Under the pieces are notes generated by a model that worked only from the letters and a program-made list of their open reading frames with translations, did not search any database and had not been told where the DNA came from. From a virus, in IMG/VR virus record IMGVR_UViG_3300045988_165922, positions 37,893 through 101,892 of that record: 64,000 nt of DNA, one strand, 5' to 3'. Each line of letters opens with the position of its first letter. Positions within the stretch are counted from its first letter, which is position 1. Both the position numbers and the translations under genes were made by a program. Shown in pieces: positions 53,554 to 63,352 of this stretch.

Positions 53554-53907
53554 ATGGAAGAGGTAGGAAACCAAGCCGCTGACACTGCGGGACGAACGTT
53601 GGGTGACGTGCTCACCGTGTTCTTCTCTTGGGTGTTCACGCCGACGGGCGCAATCCTCACTTTGTTGATGATTATTATTTGCGCCGGTAGTGTCGTGTTC
53701 GCAATCTTGCAGAAAAGCACCCGCGCGTTGATGACCGCGTTGACCATCTGCGCGTTCCTGTTGTTCGTGTGGATTATCACCGGTGTCTTGGAGGTCATGG
53801 GTTTGCCCGTGCGTGAATGGATGAAGGATATCGCGGCCCAGATGCCTGATATCGGTTCACTGTTCATGGAGTTCCTTCGCAAACTGGTGTTCACAGCCAC
53901 CGAATGA
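53554..53907 (+). CDS. small 3-TM membrane protein, 117 aa
   Basis: ORF track; RBS AAGGAG. Confidence 0.45.
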   Translation: MEEVGNQAADTAGRTLGDVLTVFFSWVFTPTGAILTLLMIIICAGSVVFAILQKSTRALMTALTICAFLLFVWIITGVLEVMGLPVREWMKDIAAQMPDIGSLFMEFLRKLVFTATE

Positions 53908-54142
53908 TTTTTGTTCGGCTATAAAAACGAAAGAAGGCCGTATCCGTTTCATCGCGGACGCGGCTTTCTGTTTTTCTGTTCCGCCTGTAAACCTGTACGC
54001 CGTTCCACTGTTTTACTGGAATGTTTCTCCGAACGGTTTTCTGGTTCGGCGTGCCGACTTTTCGCCGTTGTTATCATCGAAACAAAAACATACCCCCACC
54101 ATGATTCCGTCCACACCGGAAGCAGAAAAAGGAAACCAGAAC

Positions 54143-54805
54143 ATGAGAGTCAAAAACCATACGGTCATCATCACCGTCGCAATCATCAAAGGCGGTTCAG
54201 GAAAAACAACCACATCAATGGCATTGGCCGAACTATTGCACAAACGCGGGGAACAAGTCACAGTCTTGGACTCCGACAACACGGGCGGCGCGACCATGTG
54301 GGAAATGTACGTCGAACAGGAAAACCGCAGACGTAGACAGGACAATCCGGACGCGAAACCATACACGCTCGGCTTCCCCGTCGTGCAAACCAACGAAGCC
54401 GTATTGAACAATCCGGAACTCATCCGCGAAAAATATTCAGGCTGGGTCATCATCGACACCCCACCGTCCGACGCCGGAGTGGTGCAGGCGGCGATAAACG
54501 CGGGCGACGTGGTGATAATCCCATGCCAGCCATCCGTATCCGATTTGACCCACGCGGGACGCACATACGCGGCGGCACGCAACGGCATCGTCCTGTTGAC
54601 ACGCGTGAAGCCGAGAACGAAACTCGCCCGGAACAGCATCAGCGAACTGGATGAGGAAGGCATCGCACGGTTCGAAACCGTCATCACGGAACGTGAAGCC
54701 GTCAAGAACATGTACGGCACGACGGAAATCGACAACAAGGAGTATTCCAGCGTCGTGCAGGAACTCATCGACTATCTGTCTGAAATCAATCTGGTGGAAG
54801 AATAA
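54143..54805 (+). CDS. parA: ParA partition ATPase
   Basis: deviant Walker A KGGSGKTT; ~220 aa; RBS AAAAAGGAAACC. Confidence 0.8.
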   Translation: MRVKNHTVIITVAIIKGGSGKTTTSMALAELLHKRGEQVTVLDSDNTGGATMWEMYVEQENRRRRQDNPDAKPYTLGFPVVQTNEAVLNNPELIREKYSGWVIIDTPPSDAGVVQAAINAGDVVIIPCQPSVSDLTHAGRTYAAARNGIVLLTRVKPRTKLARNSISELDEEGIARFETVITEREAVKNMYGTTEIDNKEYSSVVQELIDYLSEINLVEE

Positions 54806-54835
54806 AAACAGGAGCAGGGGAGTAAGTAGGCAATC

Positions 54836-55291
54836 ATGGTCAAGAACATCAAACGCAACGCTTTCGCAACCGGAATGCAGGACAAGCGTGACATGCGCCC
54901 ATTGGAATCACCGGAAAACATTAGCGAACCGAACACGGAGCAGGAACCGACACAGGCCGTTCCTGAAACGCGGGAACCGTCAGACCAGTCAGTCCAAACG
55001 TCCGCCGACATGCATGCCCAAACGCTCACGGAGGAAGAAGCCGACCGTCGGGCACGGCTCATCACCGACATAACCCATCCTGAAACACCGGCACCATCCG
55101 AAACGCATCAGCCGCCGAAAGAGAAAAGAATCGGCAGCAACGTCACCGTCGAAAACTGGCGTGCGTGGAAGATGAGAAGCATCGAATACGGGACGAAGCA
55201 GGCTGTATTGTTGAATGCCGCGATGGATTACTGCTTCCAGCAGGGGCACTTCGACCAGTCGCTCATCGACAAGTATGAGCAGAAGGATTAG
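54836..55291 (+). CDS. putative partition partner protein (ParB/ParG-like), 151 aa
   Basis: position directly after parA; Pro/Glu/Thr-rich N-terminus with a structured C-terminus; RBS GGGGAG. Confidence 0.4.
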   Translation: MVKNIKRNAFATGMQDKRDMRPLESPENISEPNTEQEPTQAVPETREPSDQSVQTSADMHAQTLTEEEADRRARLITDITHPETPAPSETHQPPKEKRIGSNVTVENWRAWKMRSIEYGTKQAVLLNAAMDYCFQQGHFDQSLIDKYEQKD

Positions 55292-55315
55292 GCTCCGGTA
55301 TACTAATTTTCGGAT

Positions 55316-55342
55316 GAACAAAAAGACTTCATCGAAGTCTTC
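55316..55342. terminator. bidirectional hairpin terminator (aagacttc atc gaagtctt; T-run on the minus strand)
   Basis: between the convergent genes 54836..55291 (+) and rep (-). Confidence 0.5.
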
Positions 55343-55399
55343 CAGATGGGGCGGCACTCACAACAGAGCGTACGTCCCATTGGTTTTTCTAAAACACAT

Positions 55400-56269
55400 T
55401 CAGGATACGAACGGGTTCATCGGCTCTTCATCATCTGCCCCACCCGCGTCCGTGTCGGCATCATCGTTACCCGACTGGATGGAAGGGAGACTGGGGCGGA
55501 CTATGACGCCGGTTTCCGTGATTTCGACTTTCAATTCCGGCCATGCGAGCTGAATCTTCTCCAACGCTCTTCTGAACTTGCGTCTGAATTCACGCATCGG
55601 ATACCCGTCATACTTGAACTGCATCAACAGAGCTTCCCATGTTACGCGGGTTTCACGTCGGGCACCGTTCGCGCGGAACGCGAGCCACTGGTAGATGTCC
55701 AAGGCGAGGGCGTCACTGCGAAGCCGACGGACGATGTACGGGTTGAGTGGCACGCAGTTCTCGGTCAGCAGCGCCCACATCTGGGGAGAGAATTCTATGA
55801 ACGACTTCTTGTTTTCGTCGGTCCCGTAGTTGAGCGCCACGGTGTTGGCGACAAAGAACGAGTGGGCTATGAATCCGTCTGCTGACCAGTTTTGGAGGAT
55901 GATGGAAGTGGTGGCTAGGTTCTTAACCATTTTCATCACATTATTCTTGTTCGACCCGGAATATTTGATTCCGACGCTATTGCAGAACGAGTTATACGTG
56001 TCGTCCAAGTAGACGGTATGATGCTCCACGTCCACGCAGTCGCTCCCGTTCTTGATAAGAGAGCGAATGTGGAGGAGGAACATTCTGGGGGCCGCACCAT
56101 AAGCCCATTCCCCGTTGGAGGCTGAGACGGTGATTGACGAGTTCCCGTTCGTCTTCCTAACGGATGGCGAGTCCGGTTTCGACTGTGGCAGGAAGCTCAG
56201 CTTTGACATCACGGACGGGGCGTAGCGGTATGCGTTTGACTTGTCGAGGTCTTTGCTATCATAGGTCAT
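55400..56269 (-). CDS. plasmid replication initiator (Rep) candidate, 289 aa
   Basis: located directly below the iteron array and AT-rich DUE; RBS AAGGAACTGTGGTCAC. Confidence 0.55.
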   Translation of the reverse strand: MTYDSKDLDKSNAYRYAPSVMSKLSFLPQSKPDSPSVRKTNGNSSITVSASNGEWAYGAAPRMFLLHIRSLIKNGSDCVDVEHHTVYLDDTYNSFCNSVGIKYSGSNKNNVMKMVKNLATTSIILQNWSADGFIAHSFFVANTVALNYGTDENKKSFIEFSPQMWALLTENCVPLNPYIVRRLRSDALALDIYQWLAFRANGARRETRVTWEALLMQFKYDGYPMREFRRKFRRALEKIQLAWPELKVEITETGVIVRPSLPSIQSGNDDADTDAGGADDEEPMNPFVS

Positions 56270-56448
56270 GTGACCACAGTTCCTTAAGGTTGATGGTTGC
56301 CGTTACCCCGGCTGGTTCCGCAGCGCGGGGTTTTCTTTTCTCTGATTCTAGTTAGAACTTTCGACCTCTCCACTGTTGCAGTCAACCTCTTCGGGCACGC
56401 GTGAGAAGGTGCCGCTATAGGTGGGTTATTCTGGCACGCCCTGCATAA

Positions 56449-56582
56449 AAAGTTGGAACTTTCGACACGGAAAGTTGGAACTTCTGACACGCTAAGTGGG
56501 CACTTCTGACACGGAAGTTGGAACTTTCGACACGGAAAGTTGGAACTTCTGACACGGAAAGTTGGAACTTCTGACACGCTTT
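56449..56582. repeat. iteron array: ~6 direct repeats of a 21-22 bp unit (aaagttggaacttctgacacgg)
   Basis: tandem direct repeats visible in the sequence; one degenerate unit (ctaagtgggcacttctgacacgg). Confidence 0.8.
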
Positions 56583-56619
56583 CGACCTGAAACGCCTACT
56601 CCCATAAGGGATTTCGACA

Positions 56620-56760
56620 CCTGCAAAAGGTATACAAAAGATTACAAAATATTAATAACCCTTGTATTCCCTTCTTTTTTCAAAAAACAAGTTTTTTTAA
56701 AAAGAAGCAAAAAATCAAAAACAGAATAAACCCATTTTTTAGATTTCATGTTTTGAAGAG
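56620..56760. other. AT-rich DNA-unwinding-element-like region of the putative oriV
   Basis: ~75% A+T with A/T runs, immediately beside the iterons. Confidence 0.5.
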
Positions 56761-57002
56761 ATTGAACCCTGCTTAAAGGTCATCCTCAATGCTTTTTTCG
56801 CTTCCCTGATTCGAACGTTTGAACAGGTCTAATCCTTTTGTGGAAGAGAGAAAAAAGAAAAGTTCCGGAAAAAGAAAAACAGAGAAGCCAGCACCACCGG
56901 TGGATGCATGCTGAAAACCCCGAAGCCGATATAGGAAACCTCGGACGGAAGGTAGACTTGAAGACAGTGCATGACAAACGGAAATGAATTCGGAGCGGAA
57001 CT

Positions 57003-58283
57003 GTGTTCGGAAGCAAGAAAGACAAGAACGGCAAACAGCCGATGGGCCAGCAGAAGGCGAAGCAGAACCCGAACAATGAGACCGACCTGTTCGCTGACGA
57101 AAAAGAACGCAAGGACGAGATAGAACTCACCGCGTGGAAGAAGGCGTTGAAGAACACCCAGAAGTGGAAGGTTCTCATCATCCTGTTCATCTGCACCGGT
57201 CTGGTCGCCCCGATGGTTTCCGTCCGTGCAATCAACACGTTGAACGAAATGGGTTCCTACCTGACGGAGAAGTACAAGGAAATCAGCGGCGACAAGCCCG
57301 GCAAGCAGGTCGCGTTGCAAGCCGTGTACAGTTGGCTGGATGATGACAAGGGCGCTTTCCAATACGGGTATGCGAACCTGTGGTGGAATGGCGCCACTGA
57401 AGTCAGCACATCCACGTCGGACGATTCCAGCGGTTCCACCACCCAGTATTGGAGTCATCAGATGTCCCTCACCGACAAGTCGGATGGAAGCACGAGGGAT
57501 ATCACCCAGCTTGTCGCCGTCACCGATGGTGTGGCTACTGCGGTGGGAACGCCGACCGTGCTTCCCAAGACCGTCACTTCGAACAGCAATACGGACACGT
57601 ATCGTCCCGACGGTTACATTCAGCTTGACCAGAACACGAGCCTGACGAACGTGGTCAGCGCTTGGTCTAAAGCATACATCGGCAAAGACTCCAACGCTTT
57701 GACGGTACTTGTCGGAGACCCGAACAGCGACCACATGTATCAACCCGCAAGCTTGGGTTCGTATCTGAACTCGTCCCTAGACTGGCTTGTGCAATGCACC
57801 AAGGACGGCAAGACCGTTGACAAGCAGAACAAGTCCGACAATCCCGAATGGGCGGCGGCGAGCGTCAGCATCTCGTTCAAACCCTACGAGAAGAAGGTTG
57901 ACGCGAGTACGGCCAACGACCCGAACGCCGACACCAAGTCGGTAAGCAACGTGGAGACGAGCGTCACCGTCCTCATCCATAATCCGACCCGTGGTAGCGC
58001 GAAAATCGTTGACTGGGGTGCCGAAGGCAGTCTGACCACGTTGAAGGCGTTCAGCAATGCCATTGACCGTTCGCTGATTGGCTCTTCCAGCAGTGATGAC
58101 GATGATGATTCTTCCGATTCCAGTTCATCGGATTCCGATAGCGGTTCCGGTGATGACGGTTCCGACAATGACGATTCCGACTCCTCCGATTCGGATTCGT
58201 CCGACAACAACGGCAGTAGTTCATCCCAGAATTCCGATGACGGTTCCGTAACCGGCGACCCCAATGAGGGTCCGAACGACTAA
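57003..58283 (+). CDS. membrane-anchored surface protein with Ser/Asp-rich C-terminal repeat region, 426 aa
   Basis: N-terminal TM VLIILFICTGLVAPMV; C-terminal SSSSDDDDDSSDSSSSDSDSGS... Confidence 0.55.
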   Translation: MFGSKKDKNGKQPMGQQKAKQNPNNETDLFADEKERKDEIELTAWKKALKNTQKWKVLIILFICTGLVAPMVSVRAINTLNEMGSYLTEKYKEISGDKPGKQVALQAVYSWLDDDKGAFQYGYANLWWNGATEVSTSTSDDSSGSTTQYWSHQMSLTDKSDGSTRDITQLVAVTDGVATAVGTPTVLPKTVTSNSNTDTYRPDGYIQLDQNTSLTNVVSAWSKAYIGKDSNALTVLVGDPNSDHMYQPASLGSYLNSSLDWLVQCTKDGKTVDKQNKSDNPEWAAASVSISFKPYEKKVDASTANDPNADTKSVSNVETSVTVLIHNPTRGSAKIVDWGAEGSLTTLKAFSNAIDRSLIGSSSSDDDDDSSDSSSSDSDSGSGDDGSDNDDSDSSDSDSSDNNGSSSSQNSDDGSVTGDPNEGPND

Positions 58284-58301
58284 TCCGAAAGGAAAACTAA
58301 A

Positions 58302-58436
58302 ATGACAGGACATAACAAGCCTAGTGAGGGTGACAAGTTCGCTGAGTTCATCAACAGCAATGGCCCGTTGACCGGTGCGATTATCGCCATCGCGTTCATC
58401 GTGTGTCTCGTCATCAGCATCATCTTGAACCTGTGA
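58302..58436 (+). CDS. small membrane protein, 44 aa
   Basis: hand-found ORF MTGHNKPSEGDKFAEFINSNGPLTGAIIAIAFIVCLVISIILNL with RBS AAAGGAAAAC. Confidence 0.35.
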   Translation: MTGHNKPSEGDKFAEFINSNGPLTGAIIAIAFIVCLVISIILNL

Positions 58437-58458
58437 TGAGATTTTTTGGAGGTTTCCT

Positions 58459-59484
58459 ATGGCTAAGAAGAAAGGCGGCATGTCCGCCGGTTCCCTGCTT
58501 GGCGGCATTCTGGTCGTGTTGACGGCCATGGTGCTCATCGTGAATCTTGGATTGTGGACTCCCATGTCGAAGATTTTCGGATTGCCGGAAATCAACAGTC
58601 TGTCCCAGTTGATGCCGGGTGAGGATTCCAAGGTGAAGCCGGATGTGAAATTGGGGTTGAAGGAGCCTCCCTTGAAGCCGTCCGGCTCCAATTCGCAAAC
58701 CAATACTCCAGAAGCCACAGAAACGCCCTCAGAAACGACGCAGACACAAAACGGGGACAATTCCTCAAGTCAAGCACAAAAAGCCTCTACAAGCGTTCCT
58801 GAAGGTGCTTTAAGCCCCATCACCACGAAACAGGCGCTTGACAAACTCGCTGACATCGAAACCGCAACCCCGCACACCAAAGGATACAACCGCAAAACCG
58901 ACTTCGGCACATGGCAGAACAGCAACCAGCTCTGCGGTTACGGCACCACCCGCGACTACATCCTCAAACGCGACATGACCGACGTGACCATGGACAAGAA
59001 CTGCAAGGTGCTCACCGGAACCCTCCAAGACCCATACACCGGCAAGACCATCAAATTCCAACGCGACACCTACGAGACCGTCAACGGCAAACAGAAGAAA
59101 ACAGGCGGGGACAGCATGGCCGTCCAAATCGACCATGTGGTGGCGGTCAACGACGCTTGGGCCAGCGGACTGTGGAAGGACTCGCGCAAGGGCGACCGCA
59201 TCACCTACGCGAACGACCCGGAAGTGCTCGTCGCGTCCGAAGGAGAAGCGAACAACATCAAACAGCAGGGCGTGAACCTCGTGAAGGACGAGGCGTTGAA
59301 CGGTTCCTCGACCAAGTGGAAGGACGCAACGCCCAGCATTTGGCTCCCGTCCAACAAGACGTACCAATGCTCGTATATGGCTAAACGCGTGTACATCAAA
59401 GACAAGTACAAGCTGTCCATGAGCAGTTGGGAAAAAGCCGAAACGAAGTCGTTCCTCACGCAATGCGTGGCCGACGGCAACTGA
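58459..59484 (+). CDS. membrane-anchored secreted protein with a His-Me-finger/HNH-like motif; putative extracellular nuclease, 341 aa
   Basis: N-terminal TM; Ser/Thr-rich linker; DHVVAVNDAW motif; function unverified. Confidence 0.4.
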   Translation: MAKKKGGMSAGSLLGGILVVLTAMVLIVNLGLWTPMSKIFGLPEINSLSQLMPGEDSKVKPDVKLGLKEPPLKPSGSNSQTNTPEATETPSETTQTQNGDNSSSQAQKASTSVPEGALSPITTKQALDKLADIETATPHTKGYNRKTDFGTWQNSNQLCGYGTTRDYILKRDMTDVTMDKNCKVLTGTLQDPYTGKTIKFQRDTYETVNGKQKKTGGDSMAVQIDHVVAVNDAWASGLWKDSRKGDRITYANDPEVLVASEGEANNIKQQGVNLVKDEALNGSSTKWKDATPSIWLPSNKTYQCSYMAKRVYIKDKYKLSMSSWEKAETKSFLTQCVADGN

Positions 59485-59749
59485 TTTTGTTGACCCAGCC
59501 CCTTGTTAGAAAAACTTTTCCTGTTTTTCCGGTTTTGCACCAGATGAATGTTCGAAGTCGTTTACTGTAACAGTTGAGACCGGGTTTTCGTGGTATATCT
59601 TCCACCATCTGGTTTCTTCCCCGGTCTCTGTGGAAAGCTCCTCTCGGGGAGTGTGTTTCGGGTTCCGCCACCCGTGTGTGGATTCTTTTTTGGGTGGCGG
59701 AACCATTTTCTTTCCTAATCGGCATTGTGGCGATTCGAGAAGAAAATGA

Positions 59750-59774
59750 TGTTATACTAGAAGTGTTCACACAA
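59750..59774 (+). promoter_or_regulatory. conserved promoter/leader motif copy (tgttatactagaagtgttcacacaa)
   Basis: consensus copy ~30 nt before the RBS of the 59805 gene. Confidence 0.55.
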
Positions 59775-59804
59775 TAATAGAAAAAGCCAGCCAAGGAGAA
59801 AAAC

Positions 59805-60176
59805 ATGAGCAACTACTTCAACAGCATCGAACACCAAATCAACCTCATGCTCGACAGGGAACAAGACCTCCAAGACGAACAGGAACAGCGCCTACGGGAT
59901 ATTCACGACGGCATCGGAGACTACGTGCTGTTGCCCGAAGGCGACCCGTGGAACATCGATGACTACGAGCAAGACCCACAGCCCACCAACATCAACAACA
60001 CTTGCAGTCACGGACTCTATGTTGACGAAGGTGTGAAATCTGGAACCATGTATCATCTCAACCCTGACCTCGGACTGTGGGCGGCTTGTGACGACTACGA
60101 GGACATAGAAAAAATGGTCAGGGAAGGCAAGCCGCTCACCCAGCCCATCGACGATTACGATTCGAAGCTCGCCTGA
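59805..60176 (+). CDS. hypothetical acidic protein, 123 aa
   Basis: ORF track; RBS AAGGAG. Confidence 0.5.
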   Translation: MSNYFNSIEHQINLMLDREQDLQDEQEQRLRDIHDGIGDYVLLPEGDPWNIDDYEQDPQPTNINNTCSHGLYVDEGVKSGTMYHLNPDLGLWAACDDYEDIEKMVREGKPLTQPIDDYDSKLA

Positions 60177-60218
60177 GAAAGAATTTTTCCTGAAACCTTC
60201 CTTGTTTGCGAAAAACTA

Positions 60219-60243
60219 CGTTATAGTGGAACCAGTCACAAAC
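60219..60243 (+). promoter_or_regulatory. conserved promoter/leader motif copy (cgttatagtggaaccagtcacaaac)
   Basis: consensus-like copy upstream of the 60259 gene. Confidence 0.5.
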
Positions 60244-60258
60244 AAGGAAGGTTCCTTT

Positions 60259-60591
60259 TTGAACACCGAAACGGACATCACGGACAGTCAAACCCAAGAA
60301 CGTTCCCGTCCACGCAAAGACCTTGACACCGTAGGAGGGTTCCTTGACTCCTGCAAGGACGAGACGCCAATCCTGCTTTACTTCAACACAAACGACGGAA
60401 TACAAAGAATCCCCCACATCCTAGGAGACCCGCCCACCGTCGGACAACTCCGACTCAACAAATATCTGCGGCCACTGAAAATCCAACGAAGAGTCCGCTA
60501 CCAGATTGCCGGAACCAGCGACACCGGCTGGGTCATCCGGGTCGATGAACGATTCAAGAAAAAGAAATACATCAAAGCGTCGAAAGCCTGA
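60259..60591 (+). CDS. hypothetical protein, ~110 aa (TTG start)
   Basis: AAGGAAGG then TTG immediately downstream of the motif. Confidence 0.45.
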   Translation: MNTETDITDSQTQERSRPRKDLDTVGGFLDSCKDETPILLYFNTNDGIQRIPHILGDPPTVGQLRLNKYLRPLKIQRRVRYQIAGTSDTGWVIRVDERFKKKKYIKASKA

Positions 60592-61345
60592 ACTTTTGGA
60601 TAATCAAGACTACACCGTGAACAAAACCCCTTTACGTTCCAACGGAGACCGGGAAGCAGTCTTGCAGACCATCTTCCGTAGGGGAGTCCTGCCGCAAGCC
60701 GTGGTGTACGCGCTCGGACTACTGGTGGCGGTATGTCTCCTCGCATATTCGAACTCCCTGACGGGAGGATGGAAAATCATCTTCCTGTTCCTGTCCATCC
60801 TGAATTTCGTGGCGGGAATCCGGGGACTCGTCAAGGTAAGCGCCAGCTGGACTACAGTCCGTGACTGCGCGTATCCGAACATCGACGCGAACGCGGCTGA
60901 AACATGGGATTTGGCCGTATGGCTCGCCAACAGTCCACAATTCGGAGGAACCCCCATTCGTGCCATGCGACAGCAGGAACTACGTGAGGCATTGGATGAG
61001 TACGGGCCACTGTTCCTAGCGAACAATCCGGAAGACGTGACCGTCCAACTGAACCGGTTGGAACGGCTCATGCATGACGTGGATTGGACAGGCCAATATG
61101 TTCATGCGCTCCTTCTATTCCGACAGTTGAAAGACTCACATCTCAAATATTGGAGCCAACTGGACGGAGCCTACTGGCAAACGTTAATAAAACTGACGTC
61201 AGGCATGCGTTTGGAAAACCTACGCGAAGACGTGCAACTCTCCCCACACCGCATGGTCATCTTGGATGGATTGCAGATTAACTGCGGACTGCACGGAACC
61301 GTAGGCGAATACACCGTCGGCTACGAGGATGGCGGAGTCCTGTGA
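60545..61345 (+). CDS. membrane protein, ~266 aa (start uncertain; alternative GTG at 60617)
   Basis: ORF track; two TM helices. Confidence 0.4.
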   Translation: MNDSRKRNTSKRRKPELLDNQDYTVNKTPLRSNGDREAVLQTIFRRGVLPQAVVYALGLLVAVCLLAYSNSLTGGWKIIFLFLSILNFVAGIRGLVKVSASWTTVRDCAYPNIDANAAETWDLAVWLANSPQFGGTPIRAMRQQELREALDEYGPLFLANNPEDVTVQLNRLERLMHDVDWTGQYVHALLLFRQLKDSHLKYWSQLDGAYWQTLIKLTSGMRLENLREDVQLSPHRMVILDGLQINCGLHGTVGEYTVGYEDGGVL

Positions 61346-61659
61346 ACTATCAGATGCTACGAGACGTTCGCACCGGACGAATCCACATGTTCTCCAACAA
61401 TTGTTGGATGCTTCGGGATTGGGTGACGAAAAACATCGGACTGGAAGAGAACGGCGTAGCTCTCATACGCAGACTCGACCTGTTGGAAATGGAAAAATAC
61501 TCCACCAAAATGATGGACAATCCCGAATCGTCCAGCGAGGAATACCGGCAAGCGAAAACCATGCATGACGGCGTGGTCAGAACATTCAAGGGAATGTCGC
61601 CGGTGGCGCGACTCGAATACTGGGACTGTCTGAACGACACTCCCGTCAACATCCTCTGA
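61342..61659 (+). CDS. hypothetical protein, 105 aa
   Basis: ORF track; GTGA-type overlap with the upstream gene. Confidence 0.45.
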   Translation: MNYQMLRDVRTGRIHMFSNNCWMLRDWVTKNIGLEENGVALIRRLDLLEMEKYSTKMMDNPESSSEEYRQAKTMHDGVVRTFKGMSPVARLEYWDCLNDTPVNIL

Positions 61660-61696
61660 GCTTAGAAAAAACACAAAACCTCTGAAAGGAGCAGCA

Positions 61697-62140
61697 TTGG
61701 ACGAACAATCCTCCACCCAACGTTTCCATATCCTCATGGCCGGTATCAGCGAAGGTGAGACCAGAATCCTCTACAACATCGAAAAAGGAAGGTTGACCGC
61801 CGACATCCTCAAAAGCAACATCGGCAGACAACTGCTGGATGCCGGACTCATCCGACGTAACGGACAATCAGCCCCATCCCTCACCAAGGATGGCATGCGC
61901 CTCGTATCCACGCTCGCCCAAGGCGAGGCAGACCGTCCAATCCGACTATACGAGCGCAACAGCGAAACACTGCTCCGCCAAGCCGGACAGGGAACGGCCA
62001 ACGCATACAAGGCCGGTTTCGAAAACGCCGCCATCGAACTGCTGAACGACAAGCTGGTTCACCTCGACATCGCAACAGGCGCTCTGACGCCGCTCCCTGC
62101 GGGACGGGAACTATTGGAACGACTGGAGCAGACGGCTTGA
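61697..62140 (+). CDS. hypothetical protein, 147 aa
   Basis: TTG start with RBS GAAAGGAGC. Confidence 0.5.
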   Translation: MDEQSSTQRFHILMAGISEGETRILYNIEKGRLTADILKSNIGRQLLDAGLIRRNGQSAPSLTKDGMRLVSTLAQGEADRPIRLYERNSETLLRQAGQGTANAYKAGFENAAIELLNDKLVHLDIATGALTPLPAGRELLERLEQTA

Positions 62141-63093
62141 AGCCTTGGTTCCAAGACGACACGCTGACGCTCTATCTGGGCGACGCATCGTCCGCGCTTT
62201 CCGATTTGCCCGACGGAAGCGTCGATTGCATCGTCACCAGTCCACCGTACTACGGGTTGCGCCAATACACGGATTCCGAACTGGAAATCGGACGCGAACC
62301 CACACCCGGCGGCTATGTGGAAGACCTCAGCAAAGTATTCCGCGAATGCAGACGAATCCTAGCCGATGACGGCACGCTCTGGCTGAACTTGGGAGACACG
62401 TACTCCACGCCGAACCTATGGGACGGCGGCGACGGGTCGGAGAACAGCATCGGATTGCACGGACATGCGCAGAAGCCGAACGGCAGGAAACGTCCAGACC
62501 GTCCGGCGAAGAACCTGCTCGGCATCCCGTGGAGAGTGGCGTTCGCATTGCAGGATGACGGTTGGATATTGCGTTCGGATATCATTTGGGGGAAAACCAA
62601 TCCCATGCCGGAAAGCGTGAAAGACCGTCCAAGCAAAAGCTACGAGCATATTTTCCTATTCTCCAAAACCGAAAAATACTATTACGACTACCAGTCCGTA
62701 AGACAACGGCAGTCGGAGAAAACCATCGAGGATTTAGCCCACCGGCATACGTTCGGCAACAAAAGCGCATATGGTGGTGTCCGCGAGGATTTGGGGAGAG
62801 ACCGTAGGGAATACGTGGCATCGGACGGCAGACGAAACCTACGCGACGTGTGGATGCTGCCGACCCGCCCGTATGCGGGAGCGCATTTTGCGGCTTTCCC
62901 GGTGGATATTCCCCTCACATGCATTCAGGCCGGTTGCAAGCCGGGCGGCGTGACGCTCGACCCGTTCAACGGTTCCGGCACCACCGGGTTGGCGGCTGCG
63001 ATGCTGGGGCGTAGGTATATCGGCGTCGATTTGAGTCAACAATATTTGGAATTGAGTCTGCGAGACCGTCTGAATCAGCCCGCGTTCGTATAG
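62137..63093 (+). CDS. beta-class DNA methyltransferase (N4-cytosine or N6-adenine); orphan
   Basis: motif IV SPPY near the N-terminus and motif I DPFNGSGTTG near the C-terminus; no restriction endonuclease gene adjacent. Confidence 0.8.
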   Translation: MKPWFQDDTLTLYLGDASSALSDLPDGSVDCIVTSPPYYGLRQYTDSELEIGREPTPGGYVEDLSKVFRECRRILADDGTLWLNLGDTYSTPNLWDGGDGSENSIGLHGHAQKPNGRKRPDRPAKNLLGIPWRVAFALQDDGWILRSDIIWGKTNPMPESVKDRPSKSYEHIFLFSKTEKYYYDYQSVRQRQSEKTIEDLAHRHTFGNKSAYGGVREDLGRDRREYVASDGRRNLRDVWMLPTRPYAGAHFAAFPVDIPLTCIQAGCKPGGVTLDPFNGSGTTGLAAAMLGRRYIGVDLSQQYLELSLRDRLNQPAFV

Positions 63094-63097
63094 GAGA

Positions 63098-63310
63098 TTG
63101 GAAAAAATGCTGTCGTTATTATCGCAACAGAATGTGCTTATCGCATTGGCTGTGGGAGCTATCATATTGGCGCTCATGTTCCTCATCCCCGCCGTCGAGG
63201 AACTGGTCGGCACGTATACTCCGTTGGGAGAATTCTGCGAACGACCGAACATGAGATGGGCTGTGGTCATCCTGACCATCGTAGCGGTTCTCACGGTAGT
63301 GGTCATCTGA
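63098..63310 (+). CDS. small 2-TM membrane protein, 70 aa
   Basis: RBS AGGAGATTGGAAAAA. Confidence 0.45.
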   Translation: MEKMLSLLSQQNVLIALAVGAIILALMFLIPAVEELVGTYTPLGEFCERPNMRWAVVILTIVAVLTVVVI

Positions 63311-63322
63311 CTTTTCCTTGAC

Positions 63323-63352
63323 GGGGACGGCTTGATGCCGTCCCTTTTTTGT
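63323..63352 (+). terminator. rho-independent terminator (ggggacggc ttgat gccgtccc + TTTTTTG)
   Basis: 8-bp GC stem plus T-run directly after the 63310 stop. Confidence 0.7.

Noticed and set aside
56449-56582. Possible CRISPR array (short direct repeats)
   Set aside because: The repeats are contiguous 21-22-bp iterons with no unique spacers between them, and they sit next to an AT-rich block and a rep gene. No cas genes are present.
56829-57743. 304-aa minus-strand ORF
   Set aside because: It is antisense to 57003..58283, which has an N-terminal TM and a coherent Ser/Asp repeat tail, while the minus ORF is Arg/Val/Gly-rich noise.
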